A stretch of 64,000 nucleotides of DNA from Patagioenas fasciata (lineage: Eukaryota): positions 450,619 through 514,618 of the forward strand of contig NC_092556.1 of the NCBI RefSeq assembly GCF_037038585.1. The letters are read 5' to 3'. The notes under the pieces were generated by a model that had not been told where the DNA came from, made no database searches, and saw only the letters and a program-made list of their open reading frames with translations. Positions 1 to 11,219 of the stretch are shown here, piece after piece. The position numbers and the translations under genes were made by a program. Within the stretch, counting starts at the first letter, position 1, and the number at the start of each line of letters is the position of its first letter.

Positions 1-1650
1 GGGTGATGTGGGGTGATGTGGGGCGGGATGTGGGGCAGCTCGTAGCGGCCCTGCAGCGTCAGCAGGTGCAGCGCCTGCAGCCCTGGATGTGGGGCAGATG
101 TGGGGTGATGTGGGGTGATGTGGGGCGGGATGTGGGGCAGCTCGTAGCGGCCCTGCAGCGTCAGCAGGTGCAGCACCTGCAGCCCTGCGTGTGGGGTGAT
201 GTGGGGTGATGTGGGGTGATGTGGGGTGATGTGGGGCAGGATGTGGGGCGGGATGTGGGGCAGCTCGTAGCGGCCCTGCAGCGTCAGCAGGTGCAGCGCC
301 TGCAGCCCTGGATGTGGGGTGATGTGGGGCAGATGTGGGGCGGGATGTGGGGTGATGTGGGGCGGGATGTGGAGCAGATGTGGGGCAGATGTGGGGCGGG
401 ATGTGGGGTGATGTGGGGCAGGATGTGGGGCAGATGTGGGGTGATGTGGGGCGGGATGTGGGGTGATGTGGGGCAGATGTGGGGTGATGTGGGGCGGGAT
501 GTGGGGCAGCTCGTAGCGGCCCTGCAGCGTCAGCAGGTGCAGCGCCTGCAGCCCTGGATGTGGGGTGATGTGGGGTGATGTGGGGCAGATGTGGGGCGGG
601 ATGTGGGGTGATGTGGGGCGGGATGTGGGGCAGCTCGTAGCGGCCCTGCAGCATCAGCAGGTGCAGCGCCTGCAGCCCTGCAGGTGGGGTGATGTGGGGC
701 AGATGTGGGGCGGGATGTGGGGCGGGATGTGGGGTACTAATGGGGCACAGTGGGGCGGGATATGGGGTACAAATGGGGCACAGTGGGGTGGGGTATTGGG
801 CAGGATCTGGGCCATGATGTGGGTGGGATGTGGGGTGATGTGGGGCGGGATGTGGGGCAGCTCGTAGCGGCCCTGCAGCGTCAGCAGGTGCAGCGCCTGC
901 AGCCCTGGATGTGGGGTGATGTGGGGTGATGTGGGGTGATGTGGGTGGGATGTGGGGCGGATGTGGGGCGGGATGTGGGGTGATGTGGGGCAGATGTGGG
1001 GCAGGATGTGGGGCGGGATGTGGGGTGATGTGGGGCGGGATGTGGGGCAGCTCGTAGCGGCCCTGCAGCGTCAGCAGGTGTAGCGCCTGCAGCCCTGGAT
1101 GTGGGGTGGTGTGGGGCAGAAGATGGGGCAGGATATGGGGTACAAATGGGGCTCAGTGGGGTGGGATTTGGGGTACAAATGGGGCACAGTGGGGTGGGAT
1201 TTGGGGTACAAATGGGGCACAGTGGGGTGGGATATTGGGCAGGATGTGGGGCAGGATGTGTGTGGGATGTGGGGCAGATGTGGGGCAGAAGATGGGGCGG
1301 GATGTGGGGTACAAATGGGGCACAGTGGGGTGGGATATTGGGCAGGATCTGGGCCATGATGTGGGGCAGATGTGGGGTGATGTGGGGCAGAAGATGGGGC
1401 ACAGGGCAGCAAAACGTGGGGTGGGATGTGGGGTACAAATGGGGCACAGTGGGGTTGGATATTGGGCAGGATGTGGGGCACAACGTGGGTGGAATGTGGG
1501 GCAGATATGGGGGGCGATGTGGGGCAGAAGATGGGACAAGTGGGGCAGGATCTGGACCATGATGTGGGGCAGGATGTGGGGCAGGAGCTGGGGCACCATT
1601 GGGGATGTGGGGCGGGATCTATGGGGCGGGATCTATGGGGCAGAACCAAG
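1..1650. repeat. Tandem array built on a GATGTGGGG(C/T) 9-mer, interspersed with a ~50-bp core (cagctcgtagcggccctgcagcgtcagcaggtgcagcgcctgcagccctgg)
   Basis: Direct reading: gggtgatgtggggcgggatgtgggg units with the 50-bp core recurring at 36, 138, 261, 508, 631, 858 and 1048. Confidence 0.9.
36..1098 (-). other. Seven tandem copies of an MFAP4-like exon 5' fragment; minus strand reads ccag|GGCTGCAGGCGCTGCACCTGCTGACGCTGCAGGGCCGCTACGAGCTG = (G)LQALHLLTLQGRYEL
   Basis: The minus-strand translation matches MFAP4 ...EYWLG|LQNMHLLTLKQKYEL in the phase required by the upstream exon's phase-1 donor. Each copy keeps a pyrimidine-tract acceptor but runs into the CCCCACATC satellite instead of the rest of the exon. 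Confidence 0.6.
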
Positions 1651-1714
1651 GCCACCAAACCCCATAGAGCAACGGGAGCTGCTGCAAACCCAGGACTGGG
1701 AGGGACCCGGTCTG

Positions 1715-1812
1715 CGCTGTTCTGTACCAGTCTATACTGGTTTGTACTGGTCCATACTGGTCTATAGTGGTCTATACCGGTCCATACTGGTCTGTACTGG
1801 TCTATACTGGAC
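1715..1812. repeat. (ACTGGTCTAT)n 10-bp microsatellite immediately downstream of the MFAP4-like exon donor (intronic)
   Basis: ccagtctatactggtttgtactggtccatactggtctatagtgg... Confidence 0.85.
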
Positions 1813-1816
1813 TCAC

Positions 1817-1913
1817 CCAGCCAGTATTCGCCGTCCGCGCGTCCAAACCCCTGTTTGTAGTCGTTCCAGCCCCGGAAAAAACTGACGGAGCCGTTAAATC
1901 GCTTCTGAAAAAC
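1817..1913 (-). CDS. MFAP4: MFAP4-like (fibrinogen-related domain) exon encoding [33 protein letters not shown]
   Basis: Near-identical to human MFAP4 [35 protein letters not shown]. Minus-strand acceptor ttcag|GTTTTT and donor CTGG|gtgagt. It is part of the listed ORF 1071..2078 on the minus strand. Confidence 0.85.
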
Positions 1914-1924
1914 CTGAATTATGG

Positions 1925-3950
1925 GAGGGGGTTGGGGGGCACCCGGACGCCTGGGTCCCTCCCGGACGCCTGGGTCCCTCCCGAACTCCTGGGTGCCCCC
2001 CCAATCTCCTGCATCCCCCCCTATATCACACGGACCCCTTAGGCAGACCAGGTCTACCCAGGACCCTCCCAGGGCCACCAGGTCTACCCCGACCTTTCTC
2101 CCCCGAACTCCTGGGTCCCCCCCGAACTCCTGGGTTCCCCCCCGAACTCCTGGGTCCCTCGGGGCACTCCCGGGTCCCTCCCGAACTCCTGGGTCCCTTG
2201 GGGCACTCCTGGGTCCCTCCCGAACTCCTGGGTCCCCCCTATATCACACGGACCCCTTAGGCAGACCAGGTCTACCCAGGACCCTCCCAGGGCCACCAGG
2301 TCTACCCTGCTCTTTCTCCCCCGCACTCCTGGGTCCCCCCCGAACTCCTGGGTCCCCCCGGGTCCGTGGGGCACTCCGGGGTCCCTGGGGCACTCCCGGG
2401 TCCCTTGGGGCACTCCTGGGTCCCTCCCGTACCCCTACATCCCCCCTGTATCAGCTGGACCCCTTAGGCAGACCAGGTCTACCCAGGACCCTCCCAGGGC
2501 CACCAGGTCTACCCTGCTCTTTCTCCCCCGCACTCCTGGGTTCCCCCCCGCACTCCTGGGTTCCCCCGCCCCCCCGGGTCCCTTGGGGCACTCCTGGGTC
2601 CCTCCCGTACCCCTACATCCCCCCTATATCACACGGACCCCTTAGGCAGACCAGGTCTACCCAGGACCCTCCCAGGGCCACCAGGTCTACCCCGACCTTT
2701 CTCCCCCAAACTCCTGGGTTCCTCCCCGAACTCCTGGGTACCCCCCCGAACTCCTGGGTCCCCCCCCGCACTCCTGGGTCCCTCTCGAACTCCTGGATCC
2801 CTTGGGGCACTCCTGGGTCCCTTGGGGCACTCCTGGCTCCCTCCCCGAACTCCTGGTTCCCCCCATATTATATGGACCCCTTAGGCAGACCAGGTCTACC
2901 CAGGACCCTCCTAGGGCCACCAGGTCTACCCTGCTGTTTCTCCCCCGCACTCCTGGGTCCCCCCCGAACTCCTGGGTCTCCTCGGGTCCGTGGGGCACTC
3001 CGGGGTCCGTGGGGCACTCCTGGGTCCCTTGGGGCACTCCTGGGTCCCTCCCGTACCCCTACATCCCCCCTATATCACACGGACCCCTTAGGCAGACCAG
3101 GTCTACCCAGGACCCTCCCAGGGCCACCAGGTCTACCCTGCTCTTACTCCCCTGCACTCCTGGGTCCCCCCCGAACTCCTGGGTCCCCCCCGGGTCCGTG
3201 GGTCCCTCCGGGGTCCGTGGGTCCCTCCGGGGTCCGTGGGGCACTCCGGGGTCCCTTGGGGCACTCCCGGGTCTGTGGGGCACTCCTGGGTCCCCCCATA
3301 TTATATGGACCCCTTAGGCAGACCAGGTCTACCCAGGACCCTCCCAGGGCCACCAGGTCTACCCTGCTCTTTCTCCCCCGAACTCCTGGGTCCCTCCCCG
3401 CACTCCTGGGTCCCCCCCGCACTCCTGGGTCCCCCCGGGTCCGTGGGGCACTCCGGGGTCCGTGGGGCACTCCTGGGTCCCTTGGGGCACTCCGGGGTCC
3501 CTCCCCGAACTCCTGAGTCCCCCCATATTATATGGACCCCTTAGGCAGACCAGGTCTACCCAGGACCCTCCCAGGGCCACCAGGTCTACCCCGACCTTTC
3601 TCCCCCGAACTCTTGGGTCCCTCCCCGCACTCCTGGGTCCCCCCCGCCCCCCCGGGTCCCTGGGGCACTCCCGGGTCCCTCCTGAACTCCTGGGTCCCCC
3701 CTCGCACTCCTGGGTCCTCCTCAAACTCCTGGGTCCCACTCCTGGGTCTCCCCCAACCTCCTACATCCCCCCTATATCACACGGACCCCTTAGGCAGACC
3801 AGGTCTACCCAGGACCCTCCCAGGGCCACCAGGTCTACCCTGCTGTTTCTCCCCCGCACTCCTGGGTCCCCCCCGCACTCCTGGGTCCCCCCGGGTCCGT
3901 GGGTCCCTCCGGGGTCCGTGGGGCACTCCGGGGTCCCTTGGGGCACTCCG
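1925..3950. repeat. ~225-bp tandem repeat, about 9 units, containing CCCGGACGCCTGGGTCCC and ccctatatcacacggaccccttaggcagaccaggtctaccc
   Basis: The unit signature recurs at 2010, 2235, 2440, 2615, 2870, 3065, 3300, 3530 and 3770. It lies in the MFAP4-like intron. Confidence 0.85.
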
Positions 3951-3961
3951 GGGTCCCGTAC

Positions 3962-4105
3962 CGTCCAGACGTGGCCCAGCGTGCTCATGTCGCAGAAGAC
4001 GGGCAGGGGGGGCGCCCCGCTGCCCCCCGGGTACACCAGGTAGACGCCGTCCTCGCGCTCCCCCCCCGCGTGGATGTCGTGGCAGTCGCGGGGGGGCGGG
4101 GGCAC
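3962..4105 (-). CDS. MFAP4: MFAP4-like exon encoding VPPPPRDCHDIHAGGEREDGVYLVYPGGSGAPPLPVFCDMSTLGHVWT
   Basis: Matches human MFAP4 LDCDDIYAQGYQSDGVYLIYPSGPSVPVPVFCDMTTEGGKWT. Acceptor cgag|GTGCCC and donor ACG|gtacgg. It splices in phase 0 to the exon at 1817-1913 (WT|VFQKRF). Confidence 0.8.
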
Positions 4106-4139
4106 CTCGCAGGGGGGAGGGGCTGGCACAGCCACGGGG

Positions 4140-4900
4140 GGGTCATTGGGGGGGCCCCAGTGTCCCCGTGTCCCCATTGACCCCATTGACCCCATTGTTC
4201 CATTGCCCCCAGTGTCCCCATTGACCCCATTGTCCCCATTGACCCCATTATCCCATTAATTATCCCCATTGTTCCCATTGCCCCCATTGTCCCCATTGAT
4301 CCCCATTGTCCCATTCCCCCATTGTCCCCATTGTCCCAGTATCCCCATTATCCCATTAATTATCCCCATTGTCCCCATTCTCCCCATTGTCCCATTGCCC
4401 CCATTGTCCCCATTGCCCCCATTGCCCCCATTGCCCCCTATGTCCCCATTGTCCCAATGTCCCCATTGCCCCCAATGTCCCCATTGTCCCAATGTCCCCA
4501 TTGCCCCCATTGTCCCCATTGCGCCATTGTCCCCATTGCCCCCAATGTCCCCATTGCCCCATTATCCCCATTGCCCCCAATGTCCCCATTGTCCCAATGT
4601 CCCCATTGTCCCCATTGCCCCCAATGTCCCCATTGTCCCCATTGCCCCCAATGTCCCCATTGCCCCATTGTCCCCATTGCCCCCAATGCCCCCATTGTCC
4701 CCATTGCCCCCAATGTCCCCAATGTCCCCATTGCCCCATTGTCCCCATTGCCCCATTGTCCCCATTGCCCCCAATGTCCCCATTGTCCCAATGTCCCCAT
4801 TGTCCCCATTGCCCCCTTGTCCCCATGGTCTGTCCCCTCGTCCCCTGTCCGTCCCGTGTCCGTGGGTCCCACCTCGGGGGCTGATGGGTTGTCCCCCCCC
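4140..4900. repeat. (CCCCATTGTCC)n ~11-bp minisatellite
   Basis: Direct reading. It generates the listed spurious ORFs such as 4269..5249. Confidence 0.9.
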
Positions 4901-4929
4901 CAGTGTCCCCAGGGTCACCAGCGTCAGCA

Positions 4930-6440
4930 GCAGCACCTGCAATGGGGGCGTGTGGGGACCTATAGGATCCATAGGGGGTCCCTATAGAATCCATGGGGTG
5001 CTCTGGGGATCCCTGTTGGATCCACGGGGGGGTCTGGGGGTCCCTATAGGATCCATAGGGGGTCCCTATAGAATCCATGGGGTGCTCTGGGGATCCCTGT
5101 TGGATCCACAGGGGGGTCTGGGGGTCCCTATAGGATCCATAGGGGTTCCCTATAGAATCCATGGGGTGCTCTGGGGATCCCTATTGGATCCGCAGGGGGC
5201 TCTGGGGGGGTCCTATAGGATCCATAGGGGGTCCCCATATGATCCATAGGGGGCTCTGGGGGTCCCTATAGGATCTACAGGGGGGTCGAGTGGTCCCTAT
5301 AGGATCCATAGGAGGTCCCTATAAGATCCATAGTGGGGTCTTGGGGTCCCTATAGGATCCATAGGAGGTCCCTATAGGATCCATAGTGGGGTCTGGGGGT
5401 CCCTGTAGGATCTATGGGGGCTCTGGGGATCCATATAAGATCCATAGGGAGTCCCTATAGGATCCATAGTGGGGCCTGGGCGTCCCCATAGGATCCATAG
5501 GGGGGTCCCTATAGGATCTATGGGGGGCGGAATTTGATCCGTATAGGATCCATAGGGGGTCCCTATAGGATCCATAGGGGTGTCTGGGGGGGTCCCTATA
5601 AGGTCCATAGGGGATCAGTTTGATCCCTATAAGATCCATGGGGGAGTCTGGGGGTCCCTATAGAATCTATAGGGGAGTCTGGGGATCCCTATAGGACCCA
5701 TGGTGAGGGGGGTTGATCCCTATAGGATCCATAGGGGGTCCCTATAGGATCCATACGTCTATCTGGGGGTCCCTATTGGATCCATAGGGGGGTTTGGGGG
5801 TCCCTATAAGATCCATAGGGGATCCCTATAAGATGCATAAGGGGTTGGGGGCTCCCTATAGGATCTATAAGGGGTCCCTATAGGGCCCATAGGGGGTCAG
5901 GGGGTCCCTATTGAGTCCATAGGGGGGCTGGGGGTCCCTATAAGATCCATAGTGGGTCCCTATAGAATCCATAGGGTGCTCTGGGGGGCCCTATAGGATC
6001 CATAGGGGGTCCCTATAAGACCCATAGGGGTGCAGTTTGATCCCTATCGGATCCATAGGGGGGTGTGGGGGTCCCCATAGGATCCATAGGGGGTCTGGGG
6101 ATCCCTATAGGATCCATGGGCGGTCCCTATAGGATCCATAGGGGGTCCTTATAGGACCCACAGGGGTGCAGTTTGATCCCTATCGGATCCATAGGGGGGT
6201 CTGGGGGTCCCTATTGGACCCATAGGGGGTGTGGGGGTCCCTATAAGACCCATAGTGGGTCCCTATAGAATCCATGGGGTGCTCTGGGGGTCCCTATAGG
6301 ATCCATAGGGGGTCCCTATAAGACCCACAGGGGTGCAGTTTGATCCCTATCGGATCCATAGGGGGGCTGGGGGTCCCCATAGGATCCATAGGGGGGCTGG
6401 GGGTCCCCATAGGATCCATAGGGTGCCCGTAGGCCCCCGG
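4930..6440. repeat. ~22-bp minisatellite GGATCCATAGGGGGTCCCTATA
   Basis: Direct reading. Confidence 0.9.
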
Positions 6441-6649
6441 CTGTCCGTCCGTCCCGCCCGTTACCTCCGTCCGTCCGTCCATGGCGCCTCAGCCGCTTCC
6501 CCCCCCCCCAATCGGGGCCCCTCCCCGGACGCCTGGGTCCATTCCCGGACGCCTGGGTCCCTTCCCGGACGCCTGGGTCCCTTCCCGGACGCCTGGGTCC
6601 CCCAGCCCAGGGAGGCCCCTATGGGGGAAACGGCCCCGAATGGGCCATT

Positions 6650-7250
6650 TTAAGGCGGATTTGGGGCTTCTATAGGGGAAAAACGACTTTAAATCCGCTT
6701 TTCTATAGGGGAAACGCCCTTAATGGGGGGGTTATGCCACATTATCCCTATTTCTATACATTTTATAGCGAAAAACCCCCTAAAATCGCTATTTATCAGT
6801 CAAAAACCCCCTAATTGTGCCGCTTTATAACACCCACACCTTTAAATCCCCTTAATCTATAGGCAACGCGCCCTTAAACGCGTTTACATTCAACCTATAT
6901 ACATTAAACCTTAAGTGTGGCTGCTCTAGGGGGGAAACGCCCTAAATCTGCCCCCAAATGCGAAATAGCGCCCTAAATCCCGCCCTATTCACACAATGTA
7001 TACATTAATTAGGTGTTTTTGCGCTTTTTTATGTGCTATATACGTTTAAACTTCTGTTTCTATAAGGGAAACGCCCTTGAGTTGGTCCCTGAAGGGGCTG
7101 TGGGCAAAACTTGGTTCCCTATAGCGAAAATACCCTTAAATTGGCCCGGCTATAGGTCCAGGGCGTAGCTCCCCCCCTTATATGTGTGGTTTTATACATA
7201 AATAGTTTAATACTTACGTAATATTTTATATATATAGAGAAGTTTAGGCG
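6650..7250. promoter_or_regulatory. AT-richer unique island with ~8 dispersed copies of a 21-bp motif CTATAGGGGAAACGCCCTTAA, ending in a TATATATATAGAG tract
   Basis: Motif copies near 6670, 6705, 6755, 6850, 6925, 6965, 7060 and 7120, spaced 40-100 bp apart. This is the only AT-rich stretch in the window, and it lies directly upstream of the CpG promoter. Confidence 0.35.
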
Positions 7251-7259
7251 CCCCCCCAC

Positions 7260-7660
7260 TCCGGCCTCCTCACAAGATGGCGGCGCCGCGCGGGGCACGC
7301 TGGGAGTTGTAGTCCCGCCCCCTTAATCAGCCAATGCGCCTCAAGCACCGGGGGGACTACAACTCCCAGCGTGCACCGCGCCGGGTGGCGGCGGCCGCTG
7401 CTACAAGATGGCGGGCGGTGCGCGGTGTACGCTGGGAGTTGTAGTCCGCGTTGCCATTAAAAGCAATGGGGGTGGGCGGGGCTTGGGGACTACACCTCCC
7501 GGCGTGCCCCGCGCGTGGAGCGGGGACTTCCGGCGCTCGGCTGGACCGGAAGAGAAGGCGGGGGCGCGCGCGTGGCGTCGCCGTCTCGGCGTCTCCGCGG
7601 GTCCGGTTTGGGTTTTGCGTCGTTTTTTTTGGCTTTAAAAGCGCGAAAAAGGAGCAAAAA
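7260..7660 (+). promoter_or_regulatory. CpG-island promoter, possibly bidirectional, with two YY1 sites, four ZNF143/THAP11 SBS-like sites, CCAAT, two opposed ETS/GABP sites and a TTTAAAAG TATA-like element
   Basis: YY1 AAGATGGCGGC at 7274-7284 and 7405-7415. SBS-like ACTACAACTCCCAGCG in alternating orientation at 7300-7316, 7355-7372, 7432-7448 and 7488-7505. CCAAT at 7331-7335. ACTTCCGG at 7526-7533. CCGGAAG at 7545-7551. TTTAAAAG at 7635-7642. Confidence 0.6.
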
Positions 7661-7698
7661 AAGGGTGAAAAAGCCTCAAATCGGCGGCAGAGGAGCCG
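7560..7698 (+). other. SRRM2: Candidate non-coding first exon, putatively SRRM2 exon 1, ending at donor GGAGCCG|gtgagg
   Basis: A strong donor (gtgaggacc) sits about 40 nt downstream of the TATA-like element. The SRRM2 ATG exon has an upstream acceptor (ccccccgcag|GGCAGG at 13281), which implies an upstream 5'UTR exon. Confidence 0.4.
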
Positions 7699-7699
7699 G

Positions 7700-8320
7700 T
7701 GAGGACCCGGGGGGGGGGTTTGGGGGGTTTTTGGGGGGTTTTGGGGCCGTTGGTGGCGGTTGGGGGGGGGGGGGAAGATGGCGGTGTGAGGGAAAAAGGG
7801 TTAAAAAATGGGGTTTTTTTGGGGAAAAATGGGGGGTTTGAGGGAAAAATGGGCGGTTTGTGAGGGAAAGTGGGGGTCTATGAGGAAAAGTGGGGGTTTT
7901 TGGGGGGGAAAATGGGGGTTTTGGGGGGGGAAATGGGGGTGGGGAAATGGCGCGGGAAAAGGGGCTTTTGGGGGGGAAAAAAGGGGGGGTTGGGGGCTTT
8001 GTGAGGGGGAAAGGGGGGGTTGGGGGGAAAAAGGGGGAAGTTTGGGGGGAAAAGTGGATTTTGAGGGGAAAAAGGGGGTTTTGGGGTTTGTGGGGGAAAA
8101 TGGGAGGAGAAAAGGGGATTTGGGGGGGAAAAGGGGGATTTGGGGGCGGTTTTGAGGAGCAAAATGAGGGGAAATGGGAGGGGTTTAGGTGGAAAATGAG
8201 GTTTTTTAGGCAGAAAAAATTGGTGTTTCTAAGGGCAAAAAGTGAGGTTTTAGGTAAAAAGTTTGGGGGTTTGGGCCACGAAAAATTCGAGGTTTTGGGG
8301 GCGAAAAAGTGAGATTTTGG
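7700..8320. repeat. G-rich minisatellite (GGGGGAAAAGGGGGTTTTG family)
   Basis: Direct reading. Confidence 0.85.
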
Positions 8321-11210
8321 GACCAAAAAAAAGAGAGATTTTTAAGGGAAAAAAGTGAGATTTTTAAGGAAAAAAGTGAAATTTTTTAAGGAAAAATGAA
8401 ATTTTGGGGCAAAAAAGTGAGATTTTTTTTAGGGAAGAAAGTGAGATTTTTGAGGAAAAAAGTGAGATTTTTGGGGCGAAAAAAGTGAGGATTTTTGGGC
8501 GAAAAAGTGGGGATTTTGGGGGCCGAAAAAGTGAGATTTTGAGGCCGAAAAGGTGAGATTTTTAAGGAAAAAAGTGAGGTTTTGGGGGCCGAATAAAGTG
8601 AGGTTTTTGGGGCAGAAAAAGTGAGGTTTTGGGGGTGAAAAAGTGAGATTTTTGGGGCCAAAAAGGTGAGATTTTTAAGGAAAAAAGTGAGGTTTTTGGG
8701 ACCGAAGAAGTGAGATTTTTGGGGCGAAAAAGTGAGGTTTTTTAGGTAAAAAATTTGAGGGTTTTGGGGCGAAAATTTTGAGGTTTTGGGGCGAAAAATT
8801 TGAGGTTTTTTGGGTGAGAAGTTTTGGGGCAAAAGATTGAGGTTTTGGGGCAAAAGAACTTGAGGATTTTGGGCAAGAAAATCAGAAGGTTTGGGGTAAA
8901 AACAGTGAGGATTTTGGGGCAAAACAGTGAGGATTTTGGGGCCAAAAAAGTGAGATTTTTGGGGGCGAAAAAGTGAGATTTTTGGGGCAAAAAGTGAGAT
9001 TTTTTGGGGCGAAAAAGTGAGGTTTTAGGTAAAAAATTTGAGGGTTTTTGGGCGAAAATGTTGAGGTTTTGGGAGAAAAGTTTTGAGTTTTTTTGGGGTG
9101 AAAAATTTGAGATTTTTGGGGTGCGAAATTTTGAGGTTTTTGGGGCAAAAAAATCGAGGTTTTTGGGGCAAAAAAGTGAGGTTTTAGGTAAAAAAATTTG
9201 AGGGTTTTTGGGCAAAAATTTTGAGGTTTGGGGAGAAAAATTTTGAGGTTTTTTTGGGGTGAAAGATTGGAGGTTTTTGGGGGCCAAAAAAGTGAGGTTT
9301 TTGGGGGCCAAAAAAGTGAGGTTTTAGGTAAAAAATTTGAGGGTTTTTGGGCGAAAATGTTGAGGTTTAGGGTGAAAAATTTTGAGGTTTTTTGGGTGAA
9401 AGATTTGAGGTTTGGGGGTGAAAATTTTGAGTTTTTTGGGTGAGAAATTTTGAGGTTTTTGGGGCAAAAAGTGGAGGTTTTTGGGGCAAAAAAAATGGGA
9501 GGTTTTTAGTTAAAAAATGATGGTTTTGGGGAAAAAAAGAGGAAGAGATTTTTGGGGCAAAATTTGGAGGTTTTGGGGCAAAAAAAAATGGAGGTTGGGG
9601 GGCAAAATTTGGAGGTTTTTGGCCCAAAAGAGATTTGAGGGTTTTTGGGCAAAAAGATTGAGATTTTGGGGCAAAAATAGAGAGGTTTTGAGGTTAGAAA
9701 ATGAGATTTTTAGGCAAAAAAGTGAGGTTTTAGGTAAAAAATGGATGGGTTTGGGGCAAAAAAGGGGGTTTGGGTAAAAAAAATGGAGGTTTTTGGGAAA
9801 AAAGTGATTTTTTTGTTAAAAAAAGCGACTTTTAGGCAGAAAAAGTGGGATTTTTAAGGCAAAAGAAATGGAGATTTTGGGGTGGAAAAGGGAGATTTGG
9901 GGGCACAGAACTTGAGATTTTGAGGTGAAAAAAGTTGAGGGTTTTTTTAAGCCAAATTGAGGGGATTTTGGGTGAAAAAATGCGGGTTTTAGGTAAAAAA
10001 GGAGAGGTTTTGGGGTGAAAAACTTGAGGTTTTGGGGTGATAAAAATTGAGGGTTTTGGGCAAGAATGGGGACATTTTTAGGTTAGAAAATGGGGGTTTT
10101 GGGCAAAAAAAAATCGATGTTTTTAGGCAAAGAAATTGAGATTTTTAGGGCCAAAAAGTTAAGAAAGTTGAGGTTTTTGGGGTGAAAAATGTTGAGATTT
10201 TTGGGGTGAAAAATGTTGAGATTTTTGGGGTGAAAAATGTTGAGATTTTTGGGTGAAAAAAGTGAGATTTTGGGGCAAAAGAAGCTGAGATTTTTTTAGG
10301 CAAAACCCCTTGATTTTAAGCAAAAGAAATTGAAATTTTTTGGGGGAAAAAAATGAGGTTTTTAGGCAAAAATGTTGGGATTTTGGGGCAAAAGCGTTTG
10401 AGATTTTTAGGTGAAAATGTTGAGATTTGGGGGCGAAAATAAAGGGATTTTTAGGTTAGAAAATGAGGTTTTTAGGCAAAAGGGTTTGATGTTTTAAGGC
10501 AAAAAAAGAGATTTTTAGGTTAAAAATTGAAGGGGTTTGGGCGAAAAAATGAGGTTTTGGGGCAAAAAAAATGAGGTTTTTGGGTTAAAAAGGAGATTTT
10601 TAGGCAAAAAAAGTGAGATTTTGGGGCAAAAAACCCAGATTTGGGGTAAAATAATTTGAGGGGTTTTAGGTGAAAAAAGTGAGATTTTGGGTGAAAGGAA
10701 TTGAGGGTTTTTTAGGCCAAAAAATGAGGGGTTTTAGGTAAAAAATGTGAGGTTTTGGGGCCAAAAAAAATGAGGTTTTTGGGTGAAAAAATTGGGGGTT
10801 TTGGGTGAAAAAAAAAAGGGGTTTTGGGGCCAAAAAATTTGAGGTTTTGGGGCAAAAAGGAAGGAATTTTTGGGTTAGAAAATGGGGGTTTTAGGCAAAA
10901 AAAACCCTGATATTTTTAGGTGAAGAAATGGAGATTTTGGGGCAAAAAACGGAGTTTTTGGCCCCCAAAGTTTGATATTTTTAGGCAAAAAAAGTTGATG
11001 TTTTGGGGTGAAAAAAGTTGAGGGTTTTGGGCCAAAAAATGAGGTTTTTGGGCAAATTATTTGAGGTTTTGGGGGCCGAAAAATTGGGATTTTTTAGGTT
11101 AAAAAAGTGGGATTTTGGGGGCAAAGAAAACTGGAGAGTTTTGGGGCAAGAAAGTGAGGGATTTAGGGCAAAAAATGAGATTTTTTGGGGGCAAAAAAGT
11201 GAGGTTTTTG
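8320..11210. repeat. ~20-25-bp satellite GAAAAAGTGAGATTTTTGGGGC and variants
   Basis: Direct reading. It lies in the putative SRRM2 intron 1. Confidence 0.9.
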
Positions 11211-11219
11211 GGTAAAAAA

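Noticed and set aside
36-86. Plus-strand reading of the 50-bp core as a coiled-coil-like peptide QLVAALQRQQVQRLQPW
   Set aside because: The minus-strand reading matches MFAP4 (LGLQNMHLLTLKQKYEL) in the exact phase needed by the adjacent real exon. The plus-strand reading has no splice context.
6294-6482. Minus-strand ATG with Kozak (gcgccATGG) followed by gtaacg, seen as a possible first exon of the MFAP4-like gene
   Set aside because: It encodes MDGRTE rather than a signal peptide, and the rest of the ORF is satellite. There is no homology support.
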